From contig JAALKD010000003.1 of NCBI GenBank assembly GCA_011088215.1, positions 29,763 through 93,762 of the forward strand: a DNA stretch of 64,000 nucleotides, read 5' to 3'. A program made the translations under genes and the position numbers. Positions 20,478 through 30,867 of this stretch are shown here, piece by piece (position 1 is the stretch's first letter; each line of letters starts with the position of its first letter). The stretch comes from Sphingomonadales bacterium. Its GTDB lineage: Bacteria; Pseudomonadota; Alphaproteobacteria; Sphingomonadales; Kordiimonadaceae. A model generated the notes under the pieces. It was given only the letters and a program-made list of their open reading frames with translations, was not told the origin of the DNA and searched no databases.

Positions 20478-22658
20478 CTAGAAAGTTACGCCGAGGTCAA
20501 CCCCCCACGTCAATGGAGGCATCGCGTAAATATTGTTGGAACCGGTCGCGGCACGGAAGTACTCGCGGTCGGTCAGGTTTTTGCCCCACAAAGTTATACG
20601 CCAAGCACCACCATCGGGTTCGTAGCTCGCACGTGCATTAAGCGTCAAACCAGGCTCAGAAAGTGACGCGGGCGTGTTGGCAACAAGTGCAAACGAATCG
20701 TCTTCATATGCTGCGTCACCGCCAAAGGTGACTGTGCCACCAGCCATTTCAAAGTCGGACAGGAAACCTACTGTTATTTTAAAGGGTGGAGCCCCTTTCA
20801 ATTCCAGGTCCAGGGCACAATCAACACTTGGGGTGCCACCCGAACAAGCGGCCCCGTTGTTAGTGAGGGTTGCTGCCTGAAGATCTGTCAGCGAGTCATA
20901 TTTAGCATCCAGCCAGCTTGCATTAGCAAAGAACTGCAAGTTTTCCGTCGCATAGATTGTTGTCTCGACTTCTATTCCCTGAATGTCGGCTGAGCCAGCA
21001 TTAGACCGCGTGAAGCCTAAACCAGGAACGCTTGCGCTGATTTGTAAGTTGTCATAGCTGTTATAAAAATATGTCGCATTGAATCTTAAACGCTTGTCTT
21101 CCGAGTCTGACCGGAAACCAACCTCAAATGTTTCAACCTTTTCTTCTTCAACTGGCAAGAAACATGCTGCCGCACCAAAACAATCCGGTGAGAAGCCTGG
21201 GCTTTTGAAGCCGGTCGCGAACGAGCCGTATACCAAGAAATTATCGTTTACCTGATAATCAAGTTTTGTGGTGTAGGTGACGTTATTAGTATCCAAAGAT
21301 TCGTTTCTTGTGCCGCCTGGACCAGTACCTGTGAAATCTCTTGTTTCATTGGTATAACGCAGACCACCTGTGAATGTGAGGTCTTCGGTCACGTCATATG
21401 TACCTTGGCCGAAAACGGCGAACGATTCGGTATCTACACCAACAGTGAATGGGAAGAAAAATGTTGAATCAAGCGCAACATCTTCCTTGTAGTAAAACAT
21501 CCCGGAAACAAAGTTGAACGGGCCGTCAAAATCCGAAGAGAGCGTCACCTCCTGGCTGAACTGATCCTGATCTGTTTCCTGAAAAAACGGGAAGCTTATA
21601 TGTGTTGAAAGATCGTCATTGAGCGTTCGATAACCGGAAATAAGCGCAATATCGAAATCACCGACTCGACCGTCGATGCGCATGGACGCACCGAAAGCCT
21701 CAATCTCGCTTTCATGAGCTGCAAAACAACCAATTGTCCGAAAAATCAATGGCGTAGCTGACGAACATGTCTCGCCCGGATTGGGTTCCACGGTGAAAAT
21801 GCTACCGTCCGTATCGGTTACAACGCTCGGGTCATCACTTTCCGCAATGATGCTGCTTGGAACAGGATCAGAATTATCATTGGTGAAATCAACCGAGAAC
21901 AATGCTGACCAGTCTTCGTTGAAGGTGTGCTTCAACGCTCCCCGGAATGCAAATACCTCTTTGGCACCAGCTTCGCGTGATTCGCCTGATAAGTCACCAT
22001 TTGGATTCAGCTGATGGAAACCATCTCGCTCGCTATACAAACCTGAAACCCGGATCGCTGTTGCATCACCCAGCTCGACATTGGCTATGCCTTTAAAGTT
22101 CAGGCGCGCATCACTTCCGAAACCCGCTTCAGCAGACACGGTGTTCTCCTGTTGCGGTTGCACACTAACGAGTTTAACGGCACCGCCATTCGAGTTCCGT
22201 CCGTAAAGAGTTCCTTGGGGCCCGCGAAGCACCTCGATACGCTCCACATCAACCACATCAAGAAGCGAACCAACCGTCCGGCCTAAATATATGCCATCAA
22301 CATATATACCTACCGCTGGGTCGATAGCGCCCCGAGATTCGTCCTCACCGATGCCGCGGAAGAATATCCGGGCGGAGTTTGAGGTACCAGTGCCGTTTGA
22401 GATCACCACGTTAGGCACTTGGCGCTGTAAATCCAGAACACCGCGTATTTGTTTGGTTTCGATATCTGTCGCACTGAATGCCGACACGGCAACTGGAACA
22501 GACTGAAGCGATTCAGCGCGGCGCTGAGCAGTTACAATTACTTCTTCAATTTCGAACGCGGCATCAGCGTCACTATCTTGAGCAGAAACGGGTGACATCA
22601 AACCGCCGCCTATGATGAGTGCGCTCGCAGCTGTGGTCCTAGCGAGGATATATTTCAT
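20478..22658 (-). CDS. TonB-dependent receptor
   Basis: Signal peptide, IEEVIVTAQRRAESLQSVPVAVS, RIEVLRGPQGTLYGRN, C-terminal PLTWGVDLGVTF. SD AGGGAG. Confidence 0.95.
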   Translation of the reverse strand: MKYILARTTAASALIIGGGLMSPVSAQDSDADAAFEIEEVIVTAQRRAESLQSVPVAVSAFSATDIETKQIRGVLDLQRQVPNVVISNGTGTSNSARIFFRGIGEDESRGAIDPAVGIYVDGIYLGRTVGSLLDVVDVERIEVLRGPQGTLYGRNSNGGAVKLVSVQPQQENTVSAEAGFGSDARLNFKGIANVELGDATAIRVSGLYSERDGFHQLNPNGDLSGESREAGAKEVFAFRGALKHTFNEDWSALFSVDFTNDNSDPVPSSIIAESDDPSVVTDTDGSIFTVEPNPGETCSSATPLIFRTIGCFAAHESEIEAFGASMRIDGRVGDFDIALISGYRTLNDDLSTHISFPFFQETDQDQFSQEVTLSSDFDGPFNFVSGMFYYKEDVALDSTFFFPFTVGVDTESFAVFGQGTYDVTEDLTFTGGLRYTNETRDFTGTGPGGTRNESLDTNNVTYTTKLDYQVNDNFLVYGSFATGFKSPGFSPDCFGAAACFLPVEEEKVETFEVGFRSDSEDKRLRFNATYFYNSYDNLQISASVPGLGFTRSNAGSADIQGIEVETTIYATENLQFFANASWLDAKYDSLTDLQAATLTNNGAACSGGTPSVDCALDLELKGAPPFKITVGFLSDFEMAGGTVTFGGDAAYEDDSFALVANTPASLSEPGLTLNARASYEPDGGAWRITLWGKNLTDREYFRAATGSNNIYAMPPLTWGVDLGVTF

Positions 22659-22964
22659 TGGTTTTCTCCCTATAATTATCACCTCTCAGCGGGTGAAAAG
22701 TTGTCCTAAACAGGGTTTGCGGTTTTTTCATACCAACCATTCCCCCACGCATTAACGGCTGAGCCACAAGTCATTTCCTCGTTCTCCCGCCAGACAGGAT
22801 GCAACGCCCACTGCGTCGGAGAACACAGAAGGCGCTGCGGGAGAGACAAAGAAAACGCTGAAATTCTCGCAACAGCACGAGGCGAAAAACCAAATGTGCA
22901 GGTTAAGCGTTTAATGCCTCATCTCGCTATCATCATAAATCGCAAGAGCCCGCAACACTAATAA

Positions 22965-22988
22965 GTATTAATGTTATTTCAATAATAC
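22965..22988. promoter_or_regulatory. 24-bp interrupted palindrome, candidate operator
   Basis: GTATTAATGTTATTTCAATAATAC, upstream of the TonB receptor; near-identical to the inverted 19315-19338 site. Confidence 0.7.
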
Positions 22989-23067
22989 ATCTTTATGGTT
23001 TTATAAGTAAATTTATAGGTTTAGAGATTTTTTCAATGGCAACGATAACAAGAAACCGTATTCAAAA

Positions 23068-23976
23068 CTATGTTCCGTATAGTTCTTTGCTATGTTTTTT
23101 CACGAGTGAGAGTAGGTTTTTGGCAGAAAGCTTCATCGGACTGCGTTTACGATAGCAAAAATAGGCTTTTCTCACTTCAATGAAATCATCAACCGGTAAA
23201 AAGGCCAGTTCATCACGGTCAACAAAAACTTGCGACATTTCCGTGCCCAGCACCGCAACTGCATCAGAATGGATTAAGGTGTTAACAGCCAGTGTTGCAG
23301 AAGACATATCAACCAACCGTTCCGGCGGCACAACGCCAGCATCCTGAAAGACTTGTCGAAAACGGGTCCACATGCCGACTTTGCGTGACACGAGCCATAC
23401 GTACTTTGCCAAATCTGCTATCTCAATTTTGGGCATCAATGTAAGTGGATGCCCCGAACGAACCGTAAGCCTGTCAACATCAGCAAATAACTCAATCGCA
23501 TTCAAATCATTGCTCAGCTGCATGGAAAGCGGCGGCGCCACTAACATTAGATCTATCTCGCCGTTCAACAACTTAGGGGACAAAGAGGCAGAGTTGCCAC
23601 TTTCACAATGAAGCGAAATGTCAGGCCAGCGTTCAACAAATTCACTCAGCACCTTTGGTGCCAACCGATTGGCAAACCCGGTTCCAATACCGATAGACAA
23701 GCGCCCTTTTTTGGCTCCGCGCATTGACGCCAAATCACTTTTTGCCAGCGCCATCTCTGCCATGATCAAACGCGCGCGATGCTCAAGCGCTTCTGCAAAC
23801 TCCGTTGGAACCGCGCCAAACCTACCTCTTTCAAAAAGGCGGACCATCAACTCTTTTTCAAGTTTGTTCACGGCGTGAGTTACGGCAGGCTGAGACACGT
23901 TCAGGCTTTCTGCCGCACGCGCAAAGTTACGGTGCTCCATAATTGCCAGAAAATATTGCAGGCGCAGAATATCCAT
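23068..23976 (-). CDS. LysR-family regulator
   Basis: MDILRLQYFLAIMEHRNFARAAESLNVSQPAVTHAVNKLE...LFERG; divergent from an oxidoreductase. Confidence 0.92.
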   Translation of the reverse strand: MDILRLQYFLAIMEHRNFARAAESLNVSQPAVTHAVNKLEKELMVRLFERGRFGAVPTEFAEALEHRARLIMAEMALAKSDLASMRGAKKGRLSIGIGTGFANRLAPKVLSEFVERWPDISLHCESGNSASLSPKLLNGEIDLMLVAPPLSMQLSNDLNAIELFADVDRLTVRSGHPLTLMPKIEIADLAKYVWLVSRKVGMWTRFRQVFQDAGVVPPERLVDMSSATLAVNTLIHSDAVAVLGTEMSQVFVDRDELAFLPVDDFIEVRKAYFCYRKRSPMKLSAKNLLSLVKKHSKELYGT

Positions 23977-24255
23977 CTCATACCTACTTACATAAGGGGT
24001 ACTAATGTATTGATCTCATTTTTTTATTAAATTTGCAATTCCACAGTGACAAAATAAGCCATAATTACACGGCCACTCGACGAAGCCTGCTTGTTATGGT
24101 TGCAGTTGTTATTATGGAAAAACGTTTATTTTTCTGAAGAGGGATTTGACTATTTCACCCCACCATTGATCTCCATCAACGAACTATCTCTATAGTTCGC
24201 TATGTACTGTTAACGGTCACCTATTCTGCCTCGACTTCCACAAAGGGAAGAACCC

Positions 24256-25278
24256 ATGGTTCAAACAGACATGAAACAAATTGTTCTCAAGAACGCTCTT
24301 TCAGCCAAACCAAAAGCCAGTGACTTTACGCCTATTCAATCACAGAAGCCCCAGTGCCCAAAGAGCGGCGTAGTTATTCGCGTCATATACATTTCCGTGG
24401 ACCCGTATGTGGGTTCCAGAATTCGCGGAAAACATATGGGCGAGATCCCCCCAGTGCCAATGGAAGGCAAAATTCCCGGCGCTGCGGTGGGCCAAGTGAT
24501 TGAAACAAACAATCGAGAATTCCATATAGGAGACTACGTATATTCCATGGAGGCTGGTTGGCGGGAATTTGCCGGCCTTAAGGAGGGTACCTTTCACAAA
24601 GTAGATCCGGAGGCGGCACCGTTGTCATCATATGTTGGTGCGCTCGGCATGCCCGGCCTAACAGCCTGGGCGGGTGTTACGCAGTTAACGCAAATACGCA
24701 AAGGCGATGTCTTTTTGGTAGATGCTGCTGCTGGTCCTGTTGCCGGAACAGCGGGACAAATTGCGCGCGCAAAAGGTGCTAGCAAAGTTATTGGAGTCGC
24801 CGGGGGTGAAGAAAAATGCCAGATGGTCGTCGACACATACGGATTTGATGCCTGCCTTAACTATAAGCAGGACGGTTGGCAGGAAGAGCTTAAAGAACAC
24901 GCCCCTGACGGCATCTCGGTATATTTCGAGAATGTTGGTGCGGACATGCTCGCTTTTGCGGTCCAAAATATGCAGCTTTATGGTCGCGCCATCTTATGTG
25001 GTCTCGCCGCCCACTATCATGGAGGGCCACCTGCTACTACGCTGATAGGCCCCATAATCGGCAAGCGCGCGACATTTCACGGGCTGGTTGTTTATGATTT
25101 CTATGACCAGTGGCAAAACTTTCTAAACGAAATGGCGCCTCTGGTTAAATCGGGTCAAATTAATATCTGCGAAGACAGAGTGGACGGTTTGGAGCAGGCG
25201 CCAGTTCTTTTAGAGAAGTTGATGGCGGGGGCAAATGTCGGAAAATGCGTTGTCGTGGTAGCACCAGAGACAGTTTAG
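24256..25278 (+). CDS. NADP-dependent alkenal/ene reductase (MDR, prostaglandin-reductase/CurA-like)
   Basis: YISVDPY, VGALGMPGLTAW, VDAAAGPVAG, YFENVG, GANVGKCVV. Confidence 0.9.
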   Translation: MVQTDMKQIVLKNALSAKPKASDFTPIQSQKPQCPKSGVVIRVIYISVDPYVGSRIRGKHMGEIPPVPMEGKIPGAAVGQVIETNNREFHIGDYVYSMEAGWREFAGLKEGTFHKVDPEAAPLSSYVGALGMPGLTAWAGVTQLTQIRKGDVFLVDAAAGPVAGTAGQIARAKGASKVIGVAGGEEKCQMVVDTYGFDACLNYKQDGWQEELKEHAPDGISVYFENVGADMLAFAVQNMQLYGRAILCGLAAHYHGGPPATTLIGPIIGKRATFHGLVVYDFYDQWQNFLNEMAPLVKSGQINICEDRVDGLEQAPVLLEKLMAGANVGKCVVVVAPETV

Positions 25279-25399
25279 CGGTTGTTTGAGCGGAAATATT
25301 TGCCAAAAAAACGACCAAACCATTGTGGCCCTGTCCGGTTAACAACCCCGGCGAATTCAAAAAACATCGACAGTTTATATTGAGCATCTATGTCCAAAC

Positions 25400-25429
25400 A
25401 AAAAAAAGGGGCACCGTTGGGGTGCCCCT
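25400..25429 (-). terminator. Intrinsic terminator of the TonB receptor
   Basis: 9-bp stem AGGGGCACC/GGTGCCCCT followed by a T-run on the minus strand, 20 bp after the stop. Confidence 0.85.
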
Positions 25430-25449
25430 ATTCCTAGATTTGATGCTGT

Positions 25450-28038
25450 TTAGAAGTTGAAAGAAACTTCAACACCGTACCGGCTAAGCGCACCCGGATG
25501 GTTGAATGACCCGCCAAACTCAGGCGCAGGAATTACCTCTTCCAGAAAGCTTTCGTTGGTAATATTTGAACCAAACGCCGTAAGCGCCCAGCCTTCACCG
25601 CGAATACCGACACGTATATCAACTGTATGGTAGGCATCGCGCTGCGCGTTGGAAAAGTCTGCTATACCCAGACCGCCAGCCCCGGCACCAAACCCAAGCT
25701 CAAACAAAGGTTGGAAAATTGTGGCACGCTGGCCTTCCTGTACAGTATGGAACCATGTTGATCCGATAAACTGGGCGTCGACACGACCAAACAAGGTTAG
25801 CGTCTGCGAAATCGGATAGTCAAAATCAGCTCCCACATTTACCGTATAATCCGGCGTATAGGGCGACTTGTTACCAACAGTATCAGGACGCGAGCTATTT
25901 TCCTGAATTTCGCTTTCCGTGAAATTTGCACCGCCGAAAATCCGGAAATGTTCATCCAGATGAACCGTTGCACCAAGTTCACCGCCGTATAGTTCCACTT
26001 CATCAACATTCGAGACAACCCGAAGCAGCCCGAACGTTCCGACGAAGAATTCGAAGAACTGCATGTCCGTTACTTTGGTATAATATGCAGAACCGGAAAG
26101 CTGTAGGCGACCATCAAACAAGTTCGACTTGAAACCAGCTTCAAAAGCACTCGACGTCTCTTCTTCATAGTCATCAGTGATAACCGGCAAATCAACTCCA
26201 AGGTCGTCAGCAAAATTGATTCCAATACCGCCATTAATGAAGCTGTTGTTGAAGATGTTCACTGTTGCGGCACTACCAGAGTTGTTAAAACCGCCGGCTT
26301 TAAAGCCAACTCCCCAACTGGCAAAAACCGTAAGCTCGTCCGACGCGTCCCATGTGAGTGCCACTTTGGGCTCAAACTCAGAGAAAGTGCGTTCCTGGTC
26401 AGGGATCGTCCCGGTTGAATTGATCAGGCTTGAAAGCGCAGGATTGAGCGGGTCATTGAAAACACCGTCAAAATTCAAATCAATAACCGACTGGGTTGCA
26501 CCAAATGGCACAAGGCTCGAAACTTCACGCTTCTCATTATCGTATCGAAGTGCAAGCGATAGTTCGACATCATCGTTTACGTCATATTGGAGCTGGCCAA
26601 ACACGGCAAAAACGGTGCTGTCAAATTGATCGTGGATCAGCGATGCCGTCGCATTTGGCCCACTTGGCTGATATAGGCCGCGAATAGGGTCGGCCCCACC
26701 GTCCCGGTTGAGAGAAACCCCAACCTGACGATCAATATCAAGGAAGTAGGTACCAATCATCCACCGAAGGTCACTGTCATCGTCTGACGCCAACCGCAGT
26801 TCAGCACTGAAGTCTTTCTGGTTGCGCAGCTGTTCCTGGATGCCGTCACACGTACTCGGCGTATATGCGCCAAGGAACGATCCGTTTGGATCAAAGATAA
26901 CACCCGTCGGAGTTTGCCCAATAAATTGCGGTGCCAACAGGGTTTGGCCCGCAGCATTCAGGTCCGCAATTGATTGTTGGCAGGCTGTGTCATTGTTGTA
27001 GAAACCGAAAGCCGCCGACGTACCGTCAGAAATTAAATCATTCTCGATATCGCTGTATAGAACCCAACCAGTTAAGACCATTCCGTCCAGGTCATAATCA
27101 AACTTGGTTGAAAACTCGAACGATTCTTGATCATTGTCCGATGCCACATTCGACTGGAATAAGAAGTCAAAGTCATTCACATCCTGGAATGCCGCTGGTG
27201 TATTGGTCCCTGCGGCAAAAACAGGAAGATTGAAAGTAGAGTTAAATGTGATCGACCCGGCGTCCACTTTGCCGTATCGCATTTTCATATCGACGTTCAG
27301 GTTTTCCGTGCCCTCCCAAACAAGGCGACCATTAATATTGTAGCCTTCGAAACGGTCTACAATTTTGGCGTTATTTTGGAAACTGTTCCGATAGAAACCA
27401 TCGGATTTGCGCCAATCGGCGGCAAGCCGGAAAAACAGCTCATCTTCAACCAAAGGTCCGGAGGCAGACGCCTTAACCAGATAGCTGTTATCCTCCGCAA
27501 AACTTGCGGTCCCGTTAACGGCGACCTCGTTCCCAGGCTTCGTCGTTTTGACGATGATAGCGCCAGCTGCAGCATTGCGACCATAGATCGCCCCTTGCGG
27601 CCCTTTGAAAATTTCGATCTGAGACAGATTAGTATATTCACGGTTAAAGGCTGCTGGGTTCGTATAGAGAACCCCGTCCAGAATATAGGCAAAACTGTTT
27701 TCCGCGTCGCGCGCACCGTTGATACCACGGATGTTAACCTGTGTGTCGCCGACTTCTGCAGCATTCACCATGGTAACACCCGGTGTAAGCGCGATGAAGT
27801 CCTCAGCCCGTTCCACACCCGCATTGCGAATGGTGGAAGCCGAGATCACTGATACAGTGCCCGGCACATCTTTCAGGCTTTCAGACCGTCGTCGTGCAGT
27901 AACGACAATTTCTTCCAGCGAAAACCCTTCATCGTCATCTTGCTGTGCTGTAGTGGGCGCAGAAATAAAGGCCGACGATAAGATGGCGATACTTGATACG
28001 CCCGCAATCGATAGAGCGCTGTGATTCCTTGTGTTCAT
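25450..28038 (-). CDS. TonB-dependent receptor
   Basis: Signal peptide, LEEIVVTARRRSESLKDVPG, IEIFKGPQGAIYGRNAAAGAI, C-terminal RYGVEVSFNF. SD GAGGAGG. Confidence 0.95.
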   Translation of the reverse strand: MNTRNHSALSIAGVSSIAILSSAFISAPTTAQQDDDEGFSLEEIVVTARRRSESLKDVPGTVSVISASTIRNAGVERAEDFIALTPGVTMVNAAEVGDTQVNIRGINGARDAENSFAYILDGVLYTNPAAFNREYTNLSQIEIFKGPQGAIYGRNAAAGAIIVKTTKPGNEVAVNGTASFAEDNSYLVKASASGPLVEDELFFRLAADWRKSDGFYRNSFQNNAKIVDRFEGYNINGRLVWEGTENLNVDMKMRYGKVDAGSITFNSTFNLPVFAAGTNTPAAFQDVNDFDFLFQSNVASDNDQESFEFSTKFDYDLDGMVLTGWVLYSDIENDLISDGTSAAFGFYNNDTACQQSIADLNAAGQTLLAPQFIGQTPTGVIFDPNGSFLGAYTPSTCDGIQEQLRNQKDFSAELRLASDDDSDLRWMIGTYFLDIDRQVGVSLNRDGGADPIRGLYQPSGPNATASLIHDQFDSTVFAVFGQLQYDVNDDVELSLALRYDNEKREVSSLVPFGATQSVIDLNFDGVFNDPLNPALSSLINSTGTIPDQERTFSEFEPKVALTWDASDELTVFASWGVGFKAGGFNNSGSAATVNIFNNSFINGGIGINFADDLGVDLPVITDDYEEETSSAFEAGFKSNLFDGRLQLSGSAYYTKVTDMQFFEFFVGTFGLLRVVSNVDEVELYGGELGATVHLDEHFRIFGGANFTESEIQENSSRPDTVGNKSPYTPDYTVNVGADFDYPISQTLTLFGRVDAQFIGSTWFHTVQEGQRATIFQPLFELGFGAGAGGLGIADFSNAQRDAYHTVDIRVGIRGEGWALTAFGSNITNESFLEEVIPAPEFGGSFNHPGALSRYGVEVSFNF

Positions 28039-28182
28039 AGTCCCCTCCTCATGTTCCCTATTGAGCAATTAATTATGCCCTTCAACTTGCGTTCATTTGT
28101 TACACTCAGGAACTACAAGCCTTGTGAAGTCTATTAATGACTTTATTGTCAGTTAAGGCAGTATATTGCATCTATAGCAATA

Positions 28183-28224
28183 TTGTATACATTTATGATA
28201 ATTATTTTACGACGGAGTATACAA
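28183..28224. promoter_or_regulatory. Two GntR/FadR-type boxes
   Basis: TTGTATACAT at 28183-28192 and GAGTATACAA at 28215-28224; the same motif occurs twice at 30808-30840. Confidence 0.7.
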
Positions 28225-28229
28225 ATCGG

Positions 28230-28883
28230 ATGTCTAAGGCGACAGAAAAAGCATACACCATCATTCGAGAGAACATTCTCAACGGTGGATACCCACCAGG
28301 AACGCACCTGAAAGAAGGTGAGTTAGTGGAAAAATGCGGTGTTAGCAGAACCCCAGTAAGAGACGCCCTGCGTCAATTGGCGACCGACAGATATGTAGTC
28401 ACCCATCGCAATCAAGGTGTATTTGTTAATCAATGGACTGTTGATGACATCAAAGATATCTTTGAATTACGCTCAATTCTGGAATCAATCGTGGTTGAAC
28501 GGGCTGCAATTCACATCTCTAGTGATGACGTTGCCAACCTGAAAGCAATCCACCTGAAAATACAAACTATGCTGGATCAGAACGGCCCTCCGAAGGTTGA
28601 GGTCTTTCTTGTTGAAAACAAAGCGTTTCATCAAATCTTGATCAGCGCGGCAAATAGTAGAACGCTGGCCGACACGTTAGCGCAGATTGTCCAGCCACCT
28701 CTCATTGCCCAAACGGCCCGCCAATACACGCGCCAGGAACTTCAACGCAGCAATGATCATCATCTGGACATTATAAATGCACTTGAAGCAAAGGACGGTG
28801 CGTGGGCAGCATCCGTAATGAAGACACACATCATTTCCGCCCAACGAAAATTTGTGAACACCTATAAAGACGAAGAAACGTAA
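28230..28883 (+). CDS. GntR-family regulator (FadR/FCD subfamily)
   Basis: KAYTIIRENILNG...LKEGELVEKCGVSRTPVRDAL winged helix plus FCD domain (NKAFHQIL, DHHLDII). Start trimmed to ATG 28230. Confidence 0.92.
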   Translation: MSKATEKAYTIIRENILNGGYPPGTHLKEGELVEKCGVSRTPVRDALRQLATDRYVVTHRNQGVFVNQWTVDDIKDIFELRSILESIVVERAAIHISSDDVANLKAIHLKIQTMLDQNGPPKVEVFLVENKAFHQILISAANSRTLADTLAQIVQPPLIAQTARQYTRQELQRSNDHHLDIINALEAKDGAWAASVMKTHIISAQRKFVNTYKDEET

Positions 28884-28888
28884 AGGCT

Positions 28889-29542
28889 TTACGAAGTCCA
28901 GCCGGACCGAGCTCGTGAGACAATATCATCGCTTGTCACGATATCCGCATATTTTGCCCCAAGATCAAAAATATTGGCTTTGTGAACGCCCGCATCGCGG
29001 TCACCGCACGCATCTTCCACCACAAGCGGAATGAAGCCATTTTGAAGCGTGTCAAGCGCGCTTGCACGCACACAACCAGATGTACTAACCCCAGTAATCA
29101 CCACACTGTCACAGCCAAACGCTCTCAGCGTGCTCGCCAATGACGTACCAAAATATGCGCTGGCATATTGCTTTGTAACGACAATTTCGCCGCCTATAGG
29201 CGCAAGGTCTGCAGGCGGTTCTGCGAAGGGGTTGCCTTTGTCAAAACACTTTAGCGCCGCTACCTTCTTGTAAAATAATCCACCATCTGCACCACCGGCA
29301 CCATACTCTACACGAGTATGAATAATCGGTCGGTCGGCAGATCTGAAAGCATCCAGAAGTATTTTAATGTTCCTGTGCTCAGCCTCTATCCCCGCATACA
29401 GGGGCGCAGACGGGTCCAAGTATGCCATACACATATCAATTATCAGCAACGCTGGCGTCTTGCCAAAACCTAATTGGCCACCAAAGCCCGCGGCTTCATA
29501 GTCCTCTTCAAGTGTTGGCTTGGCACCTGTGTCAATCATCAA
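28889..29542 (-). CDS. Isochorismatase-family amidohydrolase (maleamate amidase NicF / N-carbamoylsarcosine amidase-like)
   Basis: Asp-Lys-Cys triad in LIIDM, TKQYASAYFGT and GVSTSGCVRASALD. Confidence 0.88.
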   Translation of the reverse strand: MMIDTGAKPTLEEDYEAAGFGGQLGFGKTPALLIIDMCMAYLDPSAPLYAGIEAEHRNIKILLDAFRSADRPIIHTRVEYGAGGADGGLFYKKVAALKCFDKGNPFAEPPADLAPIGGEIVVTKQYASAYFGTSLASTLRAFGCDSVVITGVSTSGCVRASALDTLQNGFIPLVVEDACGDRDAGVHKANIFDLGAKYADIVTSDDIVSRARSGWTS

Positions 29543-30732
29543 ATAGTTCCAGCGTCTCGCATTTCTTTGAGTTCGGCTTCAGACTTTCCGAGCAGTTCAC
29601 CGTAAACTTCACAGTTATGTTGACCCAGCTCAGTCGGTCCAGCCCAGCGAATTTCCCCCGGTGTCTGTGAAAGTTTGGGAAAAACATTCTGCATGTAAAG
29701 CTTATCATAGGCGGGATGATCAACTTTCACAATCGCATCGCGTGCTTCATATTGAGGGTCGCTTAGCATATCCGGCGCCTTGAATATCTTCCCTGCGGGA
29801 ACACCGTGCTCGTCCATCAACGCCTGCATTTCATCGCTTGTGAACCCTTTGGTCCATTCACTGATCATCGCGTCTAGCTCAACTTGCCGTTCACCCCGTG
29901 CATGGTGGGTCGCATAGTCCGCATCTTCTGCCATTTCTGGCTTCCCCATCGCCGCAGCAAGCCTTTTGAAAACAGTATCCTGATTGGCTGCGATCAATAT
30001 ATCGCCGTCCTTGGTGGGGTATGCGTTTGACGGCGCGACCTTTGGCAAAACAGAGCCCGTGCGCTCACGGACAAAGCCTTGTTCGGTGTATTCCGGAACT
30101 ACCGATTCCATCATCGCCAAAACCGCCTCATAAATCGCAGAGTCGACAACTTGCCCCTCGCCGGTCTGGTCGCGGTGGCGCAAAGCCATCAAAGCACCTA
30201 AACAAGCGTATGTAGCGGCAAGCGAATCGCCAATAGATAGACCAATGCGGCTCGGCGGCGTCGCTGGATCACCTGCCAGATTGCGCATACCACCCATTGC
30301 CTCACCGATCGAGCCGTAGCCTGCCTTTTTTGCATAAGGACCGGTTTGGCCAAACCCGGAAACCCTGATCATAATCAAACGGGGATTTATTTTTTTAAGT
30401 TCTTCATATGAGAGGCCCCATTTTTCCATCGTGCCTGCACGGAAATTTTCCAAGAGGAAGTCGGTTTTCTCAACCATTTCCTTTAAAATATCCTGGCCTT
30501 CTTTTTCCCGCAGATTAAGGGTTACACATTTTTTATTGCGCGAAACAACGGGCCACCAAAGCGGCGCGCTCTGGCCCCATTTTCTCATGGGGTCACCAAT
30601 GCCTGGCGCTTCCACCTTAATCACTTCAACGCCGTGATCTGCCATCAATTGACCGCAAAAGGGACCGGCAATCAATTGGCCCAATTCGATCATCCTAAGG
30701 CCCTTTAAGGCGCCGAAATTAGTGGCACTCAT
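29539..30732 (-). CDS. Class III CoA-transferase (CaiB/BaiF)
   Basis: LIAGPFCG, VIKVE, NKKCVTLNL, ENFRAGTMEKWGL, GFGQTGP, catalytic-Asp motif IGDSLAA. Confidence 0.92.
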   Translation of the reverse strand: MSATNFGALKGLRMIELGQLIAGPFCGQLMADHGVEVIKVEAPGIGDPMRKWGQSAPLWWPVVSRNKKCVTLNLREKEGQDILKEMVEKTDFLLENFRAGTMEKWGLSYEELKKINPRLIMIRVSGFGQTGPYAKKAGYGSIGEAMGGMRNLAGDPATPPSRIGLSIGDSLAATYACLGALMALRHRDQTGEGQVVDSAIYEAVLAMMESVVPEYTEQGFVRERTGSVLPKVAPSNAYPTKDGDILIAANQDTVFKRLAAAMGKPEMAEDADYATHHARGERQVELDAMISEWTKGFTSDEMQALMDEHGVPAGKIFKAPDMLSDPQYEARDAIVKVDHPAYDKLYMQNVFPKLSQTPGEIRWAGPTELGQHNCEVYGELLGKSEAELKEMRDAGTI

Positions 30733-30807
30733 CACTTGTCATCTCCCAATGATGTATCTCAACGATAATGGTGTTTATATTGGCGTATGATTCTTTTAAC
30801 AGATTTT

Positions 30808-30840
30808 TTGTATACAATCGCTTAACTGAATTGTATACAT
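30808..30840. promoter_or_regulatory. Two GntR/FadR-type boxes in a divergent promoter
   Basis: TTGTATACAA (perfect palindrome, 30808-30817) and TTGTATACAT (30831-30840), between the CoA-transferase and lyase genes. Confidence 0.75.
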
Positions 30841-30867
30841 TTTTCATAATTTCAAGTTAGGCAATAG

